A stretch of DNA of 64,000 nt. It comes from Chloroflexota bacterium (GTDB lineage Bacteria; Chloroflexota; Dehalococcoidia; DSTF01; RBG-16-68-14). Below are positions 56,274 through 64,000 of this stretch, one piece after another. Below the pieces are notes generated by a model, which saw nothing but the letters and a program-made list of their open reading frames with translations, had not been told where the DNA came from and ran no database searches. Within the stretch, counting starts at the first letter, position 1; the number at the start of each line of letters is the position of its first letter. The stretch spans positions 17,402 to 81,401 of the forward strand of contig JAJCYW010000005.1 of assembly GCA_029262675.1 (NCBI GenBank). The letters run 5' to 3'. Position numbers and translations under genes: made by a program.

Positions 56274-56431
56274 AGCAAGATACGCAGCAGGCTTCGATTC
56301 TACGCCAACGGAGCGGGGTCGTGATTCTAAGAAAGTGAAGACAAAACGGCCCTTTCCGAATCTGGTGCTATGTGCTACGTTACGTGTTGCTGGCTGCAAC
56401 GTTATGTCTAACATGAGGTTCGGGTAGGCTG

Positions 56432-58006
56432 ATGAACCGTCATCTGTCTTCGAGTCCGGGAGCCGCAAACGGCTTCCCATCACGCGCGTCCGCGTCACGC
56501 GGCGGCGGTTCGCTGCTGCTCGTCACGGCGCTGGTGGCCGTCGTATTTGCCGTGCTGGGGGCCTTCTGGCACGGCAGTCCCACGTCGGCAGAAACCGAGG
56601 GCGCGCCCGACATGGCGCTGAAGATGTACGCCGATACCGCAAAGACTGACCTGGTTTGTGATGTCGGGGTGTTCGGCCGCAAATGCTTCGTGCCCACCGG
56701 CCGGGACTTCACTGTGGAGATCGTTACCAACCCGGCGCCCAGCATTGGCTTCACTGCCTACAAGATCGTCCTCAATTACACCGGCAATATCAACCTGATA
56801 AAGCAAGGAGCACTGGACGGGTTCGCAGAGAACAAGGCTCCGAAGTGCAACCTGGGCAGCGAAACGAACATTCCGGGCACGTACACTATCATCTGTAAGA
56901 TCACTGCCAGCATCGGGCAGCTCGTGAACTATCATGGTCCCCTGGCGAACATCCACTTCAGTTGCAAGGGCGCCGGCTCTGCCAAAATCGGCCTCGTCGC
57001 CGGACCCACTGGCAGTTCCTACACGCAGCCGGTTTCGGTCTCTCCGGTGGTGATCCGGATCAAGAGCACGGACTCGATGAACATTAACTGCGTGGAGCCG
57101 ACGCCGACGCCCACCAATACGCCGACGGCCACGCCAACGGACACGCCGACCAACACCCCGACGAACACGCCCACGAACACACCGACCAACACTCCCACCA
57201 ACACGCCGCGCGTGACGCCGACGCCGACCGACACGCCAACGAATACACCGACCGATACGCCGACCGGCACGCCGACGAATACGCCGACGCCGACCGACAC
57301 CCCGACGAATACACCGACCAATACGCCAACCAACACGCCGACGCACACGCCGACGCACACGCCGACCAACACGCCGACGAATACGGCGACGCCGACGCCG
57401 CGCGACACTTTCACGCCGACGCCCACCGACACGGCAACACCGACGCCGCCGTCCACGCCCACGCCTTCGCCCACGGCGACGCCGCGCGTCACCGACACGC
57501 CAACCTTCACGCCGCCGCCGACCTTCACACCGGAGCCGACGTGGACACCGGAGCCGACCTGGACGCCGCCGAGCTCGCCGACCTCCACGCCGACGAACGT
57601 GGTGCCGACGCCAACGATGACGCCGACGCCGCGGTCGAGCACCAGCACGCCTGTGCCCCCGACCGCGACGCCCACGAACACGCCGACGTTCCCACCGACG
57701 CTCACGCCCACAAGCACATCGACGCCGTTTTCGCAGGTCTCACCCACGCAGCAGCCGCCGGCTACGCCGACGCTGTTCTCGCAAGTGTTGAGCTTGCCGG
57801 ACAGCGGCACCGGCGACGGGCCTTCCAGCGGGTACTTGGTGCTGGTCTCGCTCCTCGGCCTCGGCGTGATGTTCGCCGGCGTGCTGGTCTGGCGCTCTCA
57901 CGGGTTCGAGCTGTTCGCCGTGACGCTCCGCAGCGGCAACCAGAATAACTTCGTCCCGGGCTGGAAGCGTGCGCCCTCGCCGCGCCGCCACCCGCGCCTA
58001 CATTAG
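56432..58006 (+). CDS. Cohesin-like domain + long Pro/Thr stalk + LPDSG + TM surface protein
   Basis: Signal peptide; [20 protein letters not shown] domain; ~225-aa PT-rich stalk; LPDSG-x9[20 protein letters not shown]. Confidence 0.8.
   Translation: MNRHLSSSPGAANGFPSRASASRGGGSLLLVTALVAVVFAVLGAFWHGSPTSAETEGAPDMALKMYADTAKTDLVCDVGVFGRKCFVPTGRDFTVEIVTNPAPSIGFTAYKIVLNYTGNINLIKQGALDGFAENKAPKCNLGSETNIPGTYTIICKITASIGQLVNYHGPLANIHFSCKGAGSAKIGLVAGPTGSSYTQPVSVSPVVIRIKSTDSMNINCVEPTPTPTNTPTATPTDTPTNTPTNTPTNTPTNTPTNTPRVTPTPTDTPTNTPTDTPTGTPTNTPTPTDTPTNTPTNTPTNTPTHTPTHTPTNTPTNTATPTPRDTFTPTPTDTATPTPPSTPTPSPTATPRVTDTPTFTPPPTFTPEPTWTPEPTWTPPSSPTSTPTNVVPTPTMTPTPRSSTSTPVPPTATPTNTPTFPPTLTPTSTSTPFSQVSPTQQPPATPTLFSQVLSLPDSGTGDGPSSGYLVLVSLLGLGVMFAGVLVWRSHGFELFAVTLRSGNQNNFVPGWKRAPSPRRHPRLH
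57098..57770 (+). repeat. Low-complexity (TPTN/TPTD) coding repeat
   Basis: Degenerate 12-bp ACGCCGACNAAC-type units inside the CDS. Confidence 0.85.
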
Positions 58007-58144
58007 ACGGCCGCCGTTCCCCAGTTTCTCGCCATCGGCATTCTTCGGAGGAGTTGCCGTCGCAGCCGCGTTGCCTTAGAATCGGTTGCGGTACAGTCGG
58101 GTGGCGGTCGCGGCCACGCGCGACATTAGAGTGGGGGTAGGCGC

Positions 58145-58696
58145 ATGGAAATCAGGGTTAGAGGTAAGCATTTCGATGTGCCGGAGCACGTAGAGGAACG
58201 TGCCCGCGAAAAGTTCGCGCATCTTGAGCATTACCTGCCGCTGCTGGACGAAGGCACCTGCGACGTCGATATCGCGCACGAGAAATCGAAGGACCCCAAC
58301 AGGCGCTTCGTTCTCCACGCCAACGTCAATGCCCATGGTCTTCACCTCCAGGTGGAGGCTCACGCGATGGAGCCGGAGTTGGCCATCGACCAGGCGGCGC
58401 ACGTGCTGAGCCGTCAGGCCCGGCGGCACAAGGATCGGTTGCACAAGAGCCGCCGCCGGGGCGCCAAGGAAGGTGCGGCCATGGCTGTGCCGTCCGCGCC
58501 GGCCGACGAACCGGAGCACATCGGCGAGGTACGACACGTCGCGCTCAAGCCGATGACGGAGCAGGAGGCCCGCGAACAGATGGAGGCCTTGGGCCGCGAC
58601 TTCTACGTCTTCCATCACGTGGACGAAGAGAAGATCACCATTCTCTATCGCCGGCCAAACGATAGCTACGGCCTGATCATTCCGGAGACCTCATGA
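58145..58696 (+). CDS. hpf: Ribosome hibernation promoting factor (long HPF/RaiA)
   Basis: MEIRVRGKH, AIDQAA..L.RQ, KPMTEQEA..QM..LGRDFYVF, YRRPNDSYGLI. Confidence 0.9.
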   Translation: MEIRVRGKHFDVPEHVEERAREKFAHLEHYLPLLDEGTCDVDIAHEKSKDPNRRFVLHANVNAHGLHLQVEAHAMEPELAIDQAAHVLSRQARRHKDRLHKSRRRGAKEGAAMAVPSAPADEPEHIGEVRHVALKPMTEQEAREQMEALGRDFYVFHHVDEEKITILYRRPNDSYGLIIPETS

Positions 58697-58857
58697 TCGT
58701 CACCGTCACCCTCAACCCGGCCGTCGACCACACGCTCGACCTCGAACGCTTCGTGCCCGGCGACACGTACAGTGTCCGCGAGAGCCGGATCGACCCCGGT
58801 GGGAAGGGCATCAACGTCTCGCGCGTGCTGCGCGTGCTCAACAGCGAGGGTTCCTAA
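58693..58857 (+). pseudogene. Truncated 1-phosphofructokinase/PfkB-family gene (first ~50 codons)
   Basis: MIVTVTLNPAVDHTL...DPGGKGINVSRVL then stop at codon 55; ATGA-coupled to hpf. Confidence 0.85.
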
Positions 58858-58892
58858 CCCGTTCATCACAGAAGACGGGAGCGAACGCCCCT

Positions 58893-60017
58893 GTGGCCGA
58901 AGCGCCTGCGCTAATCGTCTTCCTGGGAGGGCTGCACGGCGGCGACGTCGAGTCGCTGCTGGCGGAGGCGCTGGCTGAGGCCGCGCTCGACCTGCTGGAA
59001 GAGGCCGCGGCGACGGGCTCCTTCGCGCGCTACTTCCTGGTGACCGATGGCGACGCTCTCTCCGACCGGCTCCCGGAGGGCGTCATCGTCGACCGCGACC
59101 GCGAAGGCGGGCCGTTTCACTTCGGCCGCCGCCTGGCCGGCCTGATCCGCGAGCACGAGATCGAACGCCCGGTGTACGCCGGCGCCGGCGCGGCGCCGCT
59201 GCTGCGCGGCTCCGATCTTGCCGGCATCGCCCGCCACCTGTCTGCGGCGGCGAGCACCGTCGTCTCCAACAACTACTTCTCGGCCGACCTCGTCGCCTTC
59301 ACGCCCGGCGAGGTAATTCACGAAATCGACCCGCCCGATTCCGACAACCTGCTGCCGCGTCTGCTGCACGATCAGGCCGGCCTGGAGAGCCAGGCGCTGC
59401 CGCGATCGACGGCGACTCAGTTCAATATCGATTCGCCGGCGGACCTGGCGATCCTTAAGCTGGCCGGCGGCGCCGGGCCGCGGCTATCGACCTGGCTGGC
59501 GGATCGCGACCTCGACGTCGCCGCCTACGAAGCGCTGATGTCGTCAATAGTCGACCCGGCGGCAGAGGTGATCCTGGCCGGTCGCGTCGGCAGCCAGGTC
59601 TGGTCGCACCTCGAGAAGGAGACCGCCTGTCGGCTGCGCGTCTTCTCGGAGGAGCGCGGCATGCGGGCGGCCGGCCGCGACGCGTCGGGAGACGCCCGTT
59701 CGCTGCTGGCGTTCCACTTGCGCGAGGTGGGCTGCGAGCGCTTCTTCCGTGAGCTGGCGGAGCTGGGCGACGCCGCCTGCATCGATACGCGGCCACTGCT
59801 CGCCCACCTCGGCGTGCGGCCGTCGCGCGCCGACCGCTTCTGGTCGGACCTGGGACGCGCGGACAAGGTTGAGGAGCCGCTCCTGCGTGAGTTGACCGAA
59901 GCGGCCGCCGCCGCGCCGATCCCCGTGGTGCTCGGCGGCCACTCGCTGATCGCCGGCGGCCTGATGCTGCTGACGGACGCCGCCTGGCGCGCCGAGGACC
60001 GGCGGTTGCAGACCTAA
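58893..60017 (+). CDS. Hypothetical protein, possible CofC/MobA-like NTP-transferase fold
   Basis: Weak motif match: PLLRGSDL, QFNIDSPADL (compare DxDTPxDL of CofC-like enzymes). Confidence 0.5.
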   Translation: MAEAPALIVFLGGLHGGDVESLLAEALAEAALDLLEEAAATGSFARYFLVTDGDALSDRLPEGVIVDRDREGGPFHFGRRLAGLIREHEIERPVYAGAGAAPLLRGSDLAGIARHLSAAASTVVSNNYFSADLVAFTPGEVIHEIDPPDSDNLLPRLLHDQAGLESQALPRSTATQFNIDSPADLAILKLAGGAGPRLSTWLADRDLDVAAYEALMSSIVDPAAEVILAGRVGSQVWSHLEKETACRLRVFSEERGMRAAGRDASGDARSLLAFHLREVGCERFFRELAELGDAACIDTRPLLAHLGVRPSRADRFWSDLGRADKVEEPLLRELTEAAAAAPIPVVLGGHSLIAGGLMLLTDAAWRAEDRRLQT

Positions 60018-60082
60018 CAGCCGCATTTGCGTGGAATCAACAGGCGGGTATACTAGCGCTGCACTGTCGTCCTGCCTCCAGG

Positions 60083-61519
60083 ATGTTGGCAGAGAGGATC
60101 CCGGTCTTGCGATATGCGCTGACGCTCATCATTGTTGTGGCGGCTCTGGCTGTCGCCAACTCCGCGTCGGCCTTTCCGACGCAGCCGAGAACCGGCGTAA
60201 CGATCCTCGATCAGGACGCAGTGGAGCCGGGCTACGTGCTGTTCACCCCGCTGCTCGGCGACTCCAGCCAGGGTACGGGCGGCGTCGTCTACCTGCTCAA
60301 CATCTTCGGCCAGCCGGTACACACCTGGGCGATCGAGACTGGTCCCGGCCAGTACGCGCAGTTGCTGCCGGACGGCAGCCTGCTGCTGGGCAGCCAAGCC
60401 GAACGCGAGATCGAGATTCCGCCCGGCGGCGGCGGTAGGCTCTCGATTGTCGACTGGGACGGAGACGAGATCTGGAGCTATCGGAACGACCTCCTCCATC
60501 ATGACTTCGAGATGCTGCCGAACGGCAACATCGCCGCACTCCTCTACAACAAGATCCCGCAAGAGTTGAATGAGGAAGTGCAGGGCGGCATTCCAGAAAC
60601 AGAATTGGAGGACGGCTCGATCTGGTCCGACTCGATAATCGAGATCGACGCCAGCGGCGAGACCGTGTGGCAGTGGGACGCCTGGGAGCACATCGACCCG
60701 GCGAACCACGTGATCAACGCCGACCTCAATCGCAACGAATGGACGCATGCGAACTCGTTGCGCCACGTGGAGTCCAACCCGGTAACCGGCTCCGAGGCAT
60801 ATCTTGTGAGCTTCCGCCAGACCAGCAGCATGGTCCTCATCGACCGCGCAACAGGCGACGTGATCTGGCACGCCGGGCCGGAGCTCCTCTCTCAGCAGCA
60901 CGACGCGCGGATGCTGGAGAACGGCAACGTGCTAGTCTACAGCAACGGTGAGGACCCCGCCGATACGCCCACCGGCCATCGCGTTCCAAGCTCCACCGTG
61001 CTGGAGATCGACCCGCGGGCCGCGGACGACCCGGTCGTCTGGTCGTACCGCGACCAGTCGCTAACTGGCTGGCGCTTCTTCTCGCCGCTGATCAGCGGCG
61101 CACAGCGTTTGGCCAACGGCAATACGCTGATCACGGAGGGCATGGCCGGCCGCATCTTCGAGGTGACGTCGGCCGGTGAGATCGTCTGGGAGTACGTCAG
61201 CCCCTACGGCGATCCGGCAGAAGAGGGTCCGGCCATCGAGTCGTGGATCTTCAAGGCCCTCAAGTACACCCCCGATGACGTTGACTTCCCGGCCTCGCTG
61301 CCGAGCCCGATCATTGTGCTCACAGGCGATGAAGCGCCAGAGGGGCAGTCCATCGTCATCGGCAGCGACGATGGAGACGGCACTGCCGATGACATTGGCG
61401 GCGATGACGACGGCGTGGCCATCGAGTGGTGGCATGTGCTGCTGAGCGCGATAGGCGCTGGCATCGCCTTCTTCGCGGTAGGTTTCGGCGTCGCTCGGCG
61501 GACGGCCCGCGCGGCCTGA
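60083..61519 (+). CDS. Aryl-sulfate sulfotransferase (ASST)-like exported protein with C-terminal TM
   Basis: LHHDFEMLPNGN, WTHANSL, QQHDARML, SGAQRLANGNTLITEG, GEIVWEY. Confidence 0.82.
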   Translation: MLAERIPVLRYALTLIIVVAALAVANSASAFPTQPRTGVTILDQDAVEPGYVLFTPLLGDSSQGTGGVVYLLNIFGQPVHTWAIETGPGQYAQLLPDGSLLLGSQAEREIEIPPGGGGRLSIVDWDGDEIWSYRNDLLHHDFEMLPNGNIAALLYNKIPQELNEEVQGGIPETELEDGSIWSDSIIEIDASGETVWQWDAWEHIDPANHVINADLNRNEWTHANSLRHVESNPVTGSEAYLVSFRQTSSMVLIDRATGDVIWHAGPELLSQQHDARMLENGNVLVYSNGEDPADTPTGHRVPSSTVLEIDPRAADDPVVWSYRDQSLTGWRFFSPLISGAQRLANGNTLITEGMAGRIFEVTSAGEIVWEYVSPYGDPAEEGPAIESWIFKALKYTPDDVDFPASLPSPIIVLTGDEAPEGQSIVIGSDDGDGTADDIGGDDDGVAIEWWHVLLSAIGAGIAFFAVGFGVARRTARAA

Positions 61520-61568
61520 TACCGAAGCCAGGCCCGGCACGGTAGGCGCCGCCGCTAGCGCCGATTCG

Positions 61569-61758
61569 TTGACGTCTGTTTGGGCCTCGGCTAGACTGGA
61601 ATCGACGAGGACAGCGCGGACGAAGTCGTCCCCGCCAACGCCGATCTGGGAGTCAGATCACGTCCCTCACAGTGACGGCACATGGTTCGCGTACGCCGCC
61701 GCGTTGGCAATCGGCGCGGATGCAGTGATCGCCGCGAACCCGCCAGGAAGGAGCTGCC
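61569..61758 (+). promoter_or_regulatory. Promoter plus ~155-nt structured leader of glyA
   Basis: TTGACG-17-TAGACT (61569-61597); stem GGTTCGCG/CGCGAACC; competing complementary segments. Confidence 0.5.
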
Positions 61759-63027
61759 ATGCTGGATATTGCTGAAGAGAAAGTAGCGCTGAAACAGGCC
61801 GATCCGGAGATCTTCCGCCTGATCGAGGAGGAGGAGGTCTACCAGAAGGAGTCGATCCGCCTGATCCCATCAGAGAACTACGTCTCGCAGGCCGTGCTGG
61901 AGGCCAGCGGCTCGGTCCTGACGAACAAGTACTCGGAGGGCTACCCCGGCAAGCGTTACTACGAAGGGCAGCGCTTCATCGATGAGCTTGAGACGCTGGT
62001 GCAGGACCGCGCGAAGGCGCTCTTCGGCGTGGAGCATGCCAACGTTCAGCCGTACTCCGGTTCGCCGGCGAACCTGGAGGCCTACTACGCGCTGCTGGAG
62101 CCCGGCGACAAGATCATGGGCATGAGCCTGCCGGACGGCGGCCACCTGACCCACGGCTGGCAGGTCAACTTCTCCGCTCGTTTCTACAGCGCGGTTCAGT
62201 ACGGCGTCGATCCCGTCACGCACCTGATCGACTACGACAAGGTCCGCGAGCTGGCGAAGAAGGAGCGCCCGAAGATCGTCGTCGCCGGCGCGACGGCCTA
62301 CCCCCGCCAGTTCGACTTCGCGGCGCTGAGCGAGATCGCGCGCGAGGTGGACGCCTACTTCCTGGCCGATGTCTCGCACATCGCCGGGCTGATCGTCGCC
62401 GGCGCCCACCCGGACCCGGCGCCGCACGCGGACGTGATCACGACGACGACGCACAAGACGCTTCGCGGCCCGCGCGGCGCGATGATCCTCTGCCGCGAGG
62501 AGCACGCGAAGGCAATCGATCGCGCGGTCTTCCCGGCGTTGCAGGGCGGTCCGCACAACCACACCACTGCGGCGATCGGCGTCGCGCTGCGCGAGGCGGC
62601 GACGGACGAGTTCCGAGCCTACGGCCACCAGATCGTTACGAACGCGAAGGCGCTGGCCGGCGAGCTACTGGAGCGCGGCTTCAGCCTGGTCGCCGGCGGC
62701 ACGGACAACCACCTGATCCTGATCGACCTGACGAATAAGGAAGTCTTCGGCAAGAAGTGCGCCAAGGCGCTGGACCGCGCGGGCATCGTCTGCAACTACA
62801 ATACGATTCCGAACGATCCGCGCAAGCCGTTCAGCCCCAGCGGCATCCGCATCGGCACGCCGGCCATCACATCGCGTGGCATGGCGGAGCCGGAGATGCG
62901 TCAGATTGCGGAGTGGATGGACCAGGTGGTATCCGCGCCGGAGGACGAGGCCGTGACCGATCGCGTTCGCGCCGAGGTGGCTGAGCTCTGCGCCTCGTTT
63001 CCCGTGCCCGGCCTCCCCAACGCGTAG
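61759..63027 (+). CDS. glyA: Serine hydroxymethyltransferase
   Basis: LIPSENY, NKYSEGYPGKRYY, GGHLTHG, TTTTHKTLRGPRG. Confidence 0.97.
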   Translation: MLDIAEEKVALKQADPEIFRLIEEEEVYQKESIRLIPSENYVSQAVLEASGSVLTNKYSEGYPGKRYYEGQRFIDELETLVQDRAKALFGVEHANVQPYSGSPANLEAYYALLEPGDKIMGMSLPDGGHLTHGWQVNFSARFYSAVQYGVDPVTHLIDYDKVRELAKKERPKIVVAGATAYPRQFDFAALSEIAREVDAYFLADVSHIAGLIVAGAHPDPAPHADVITTTTHKTLRGPRGAMILCREEHAKAIDRAVFPALQGGPHNHTTAAIGVALREAATDEFRAYGHQIVTNAKALAGELLERGFSLVAGGTDNHLILIDLTNKEVFGKKCAKALDRAGIVCNYNTIPNDPRKPFSPSGIRIGTPAITSRGMAEPEMRQIAEWMDQVVSAPEDEAVTDRVRAEVAELCASFPVPGLPNA

Positions 63028-63030
63028 CGG

Positions 63031-63059
63031 TTGACGGGGATGGGGGCCGTACCTATACT
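63031..63059 (+). promoter_or_regulatory. Sigma70-like promoter for rpsF-ssb
   Basis: TTGACG-17-TATACT. Confidence 0.7.
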
Positions 63060-63142
63060 GAAGGTCACCGGTACGTTGCATAATGTTGATTTGGGCAGCG
63101 CCAACGGCCGGGTAGCGCTGTGTTTCGCCAAAGGAGGCCCGG

Positions 63143-63433
63143 TTGCGGCGATATGAACTAGTCGTTGTCGTCAGTCCTGAGATCGCGGATGACGACGTAC
63201 CAGATGCCGTCGATCGCCTGGTTCGGAAGCCAGTCGAAAGCGAGGGCGGTGAGTTGCAGGAGATCGATACGTGGGGCCGCAGGAAGCTGGCCTACCCGAT
63301 CGAGAAGTTCCGGGAAGGAAACTACGTACTCAACCAGCTCAACATGGATCCGCAGAAAACGGGCGAACTTGAGCGCGGTCTCCAGATTTCGGAAGACGTG
63401 CTCCGACACCTGCTGATCCGTCTCGAGGAATAG
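63143..63433 (+). CDS. rpsF: 30S ribosomal protein S6
   Basis: MRRYELVVVVSP, WGRRKLAYPI, EDVLRHLLIR; AAGGAGG RBS. Confidence 0.95.
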   Translation: MRRYELVVVVSPEIADDDVPDAVDRLVRKPVESEGGELQEIDTWGRRKLAYPIEKFREGNYVLNQLNMDPQKTGELERGLQISEDVLRHLLIRLEE

Positions 63434-63490
63434 GCGAGTCTCGGTGCATGCGCCGCGTGAAGACGCGGCGCGACGAAAGGAATTTGTCTT

Positions 63491-63901
63491 ATGGCGGGGC
63501 TAAACAAGGTAATGCTGATCGGCAACCTCGGGACGGATCCCGAGATGCGCTACACCGCGAACGGTACGGCCGTCACGGAGTTTCGTATGGCCGTGAGTAG
63601 GAACTACACGGGCCAGGACGGAGAGCGCCAGGAAGAGACGGAGTGGTTCACGGTGGTCTGCTGGAATAAGCTGGCCGAAACGGTGAGCCAGTACCTCCAG
63701 AAGGGCCGCAAGGCCTATGTGGAAGGCCGCCTGAAGACGCGCTCATGGGAGGGTCAAGACGGCCAAACGCGCTACAAGACCGAGGTAGTAGCCCAGACGG
63801 TGCAGTTCCTGGACCGCGCGCAGGCAGCGCCGGTGGGCTCCGCTGACGATGAACAGGCGGCGCCGATGCCGGAACAGTCCCCGGCGGAGCCCAGAGACTA
63901 G
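63491..63901 (+). CDS. ssb: Single-stranded DNA-binding protein
   Basis: LNKVMLIGNLGTDPEMRYT, EETEWF, KGRKAYVEGRLKTRSW. Confidence 0.95.
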   Translation: MAGLNKVMLIGNLGTDPEMRYTANGTAVTEFRMAVSRNYTGQDGERQEETEWFTVVCWNKLAETVSQYLQKGRKAYVEGRLKTRSWEGQDGQTRYKTEVVAQTVQFLDRAQAAPVGSADDEQAAPMPEQSPAEPRD

Positions 63902-63932
63902 CCCAGACACTTACCAATAAAGGAACATTCGC

Positions 63933-64000
63933 GTGAACCATCCAGACGAAGAAGAACAGACGACATCCGGCGCGGAAGCGCCGGCCACGGCGGATGCCGA
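63933..64000 (+). CDS. 5' end of a gene cut by the window edge; possibly rpsR (S18) with an acidic N-extension
   Basis: AAGGA RBS then GTG, open frame; identity inferred only from rpsF-ssb-rpsR synteny. Confidence 0.35.
   Translation, partial: MNHPDEEEQTTSGAEAPATADA

Noticed and set aside
57098-57770. Dense short repeats as a CRISPR array or satellite
   Set aside because: They are in-frame Thr/Pro codon repeats without unique spacers; no cas genes are present.
365-63941. Many long alternative-frame and antisense ORFs in the track (e.g. 365-1288, 4691-6232, 9180-10157, 10147-11886, 19797-20807, 43193-44317, 50708-51826, 52752-53939)
   Set aside because: They overlap well-supported genes, are Arg/Ala/Pro-rich without motifs, and are expected shadows of high-GC codon bias.
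1-64000. tRNA, rRNA, phage or defence genes
   Set aside because: I saw no cloverleaf T-loop/D-loop pairs, rRNA-like tracts, or phage/defence motifs by eye; a tRNAscan/Infernal/DefenseFinder run would be needed to exclude them fully.

Overview
A 64-kb GC-rich bacterial chromosomal segment, most likely Chloroflexota, class Dehalococcoidia. This assignment is an inference from the gene set: flexitail-type C-terminal domains, a tandem-AAA DnaC/IstB-like gene after dnaB, F420 genes npdG-cofE, thyX, and rpsF-ssb. The housekeeping backbone includes fabF (partial), galE-like, npdG, cofE, fabL-like, ilvD, two dedA, rimI, a heterodimeric ABC exporter, thyX, prepilin peptidase, a UbiA-family gene, lepB, rpsU, yqeY, a PgpH-like HD protein, purQ, purL, rplI, dnaB, a moaD-moaE fusion, comF, hpf, glyA, rpsF and ssb. 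The main accessory feature is an ~11-kb minus-strand cluster (22.3-33.3 kb) of secreted modular proteins, with two related genes elsewhere (37-39 kb and 56.4-58 kb). Together these encode cohesin-like domains, classical dockerin-like domains, four dockerin-like 'flexitail' C-termini, Pro/Thr linkers, an undescribed Cys-bracketed ~50-aa repeat and two LPDSG+TM sortase-like anchors. This reads as a candidate cellulosome-like surface scaffolding system, and three of its genes are each followed by a member of one hairpin family. Other observations: a duplicated ilvD 3' end carrying only synonymous changes, a truncated pfkB remnant, several small ORFs missing from the ORF track, structured leaders and REP-like hairpin clusters. 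I found no rRNA, tRNA, CRISPR array, integrase or transposase. All family calls come from motifs read by eye; no searches were run, and start codons I adjusted from the ORF track are estimates.
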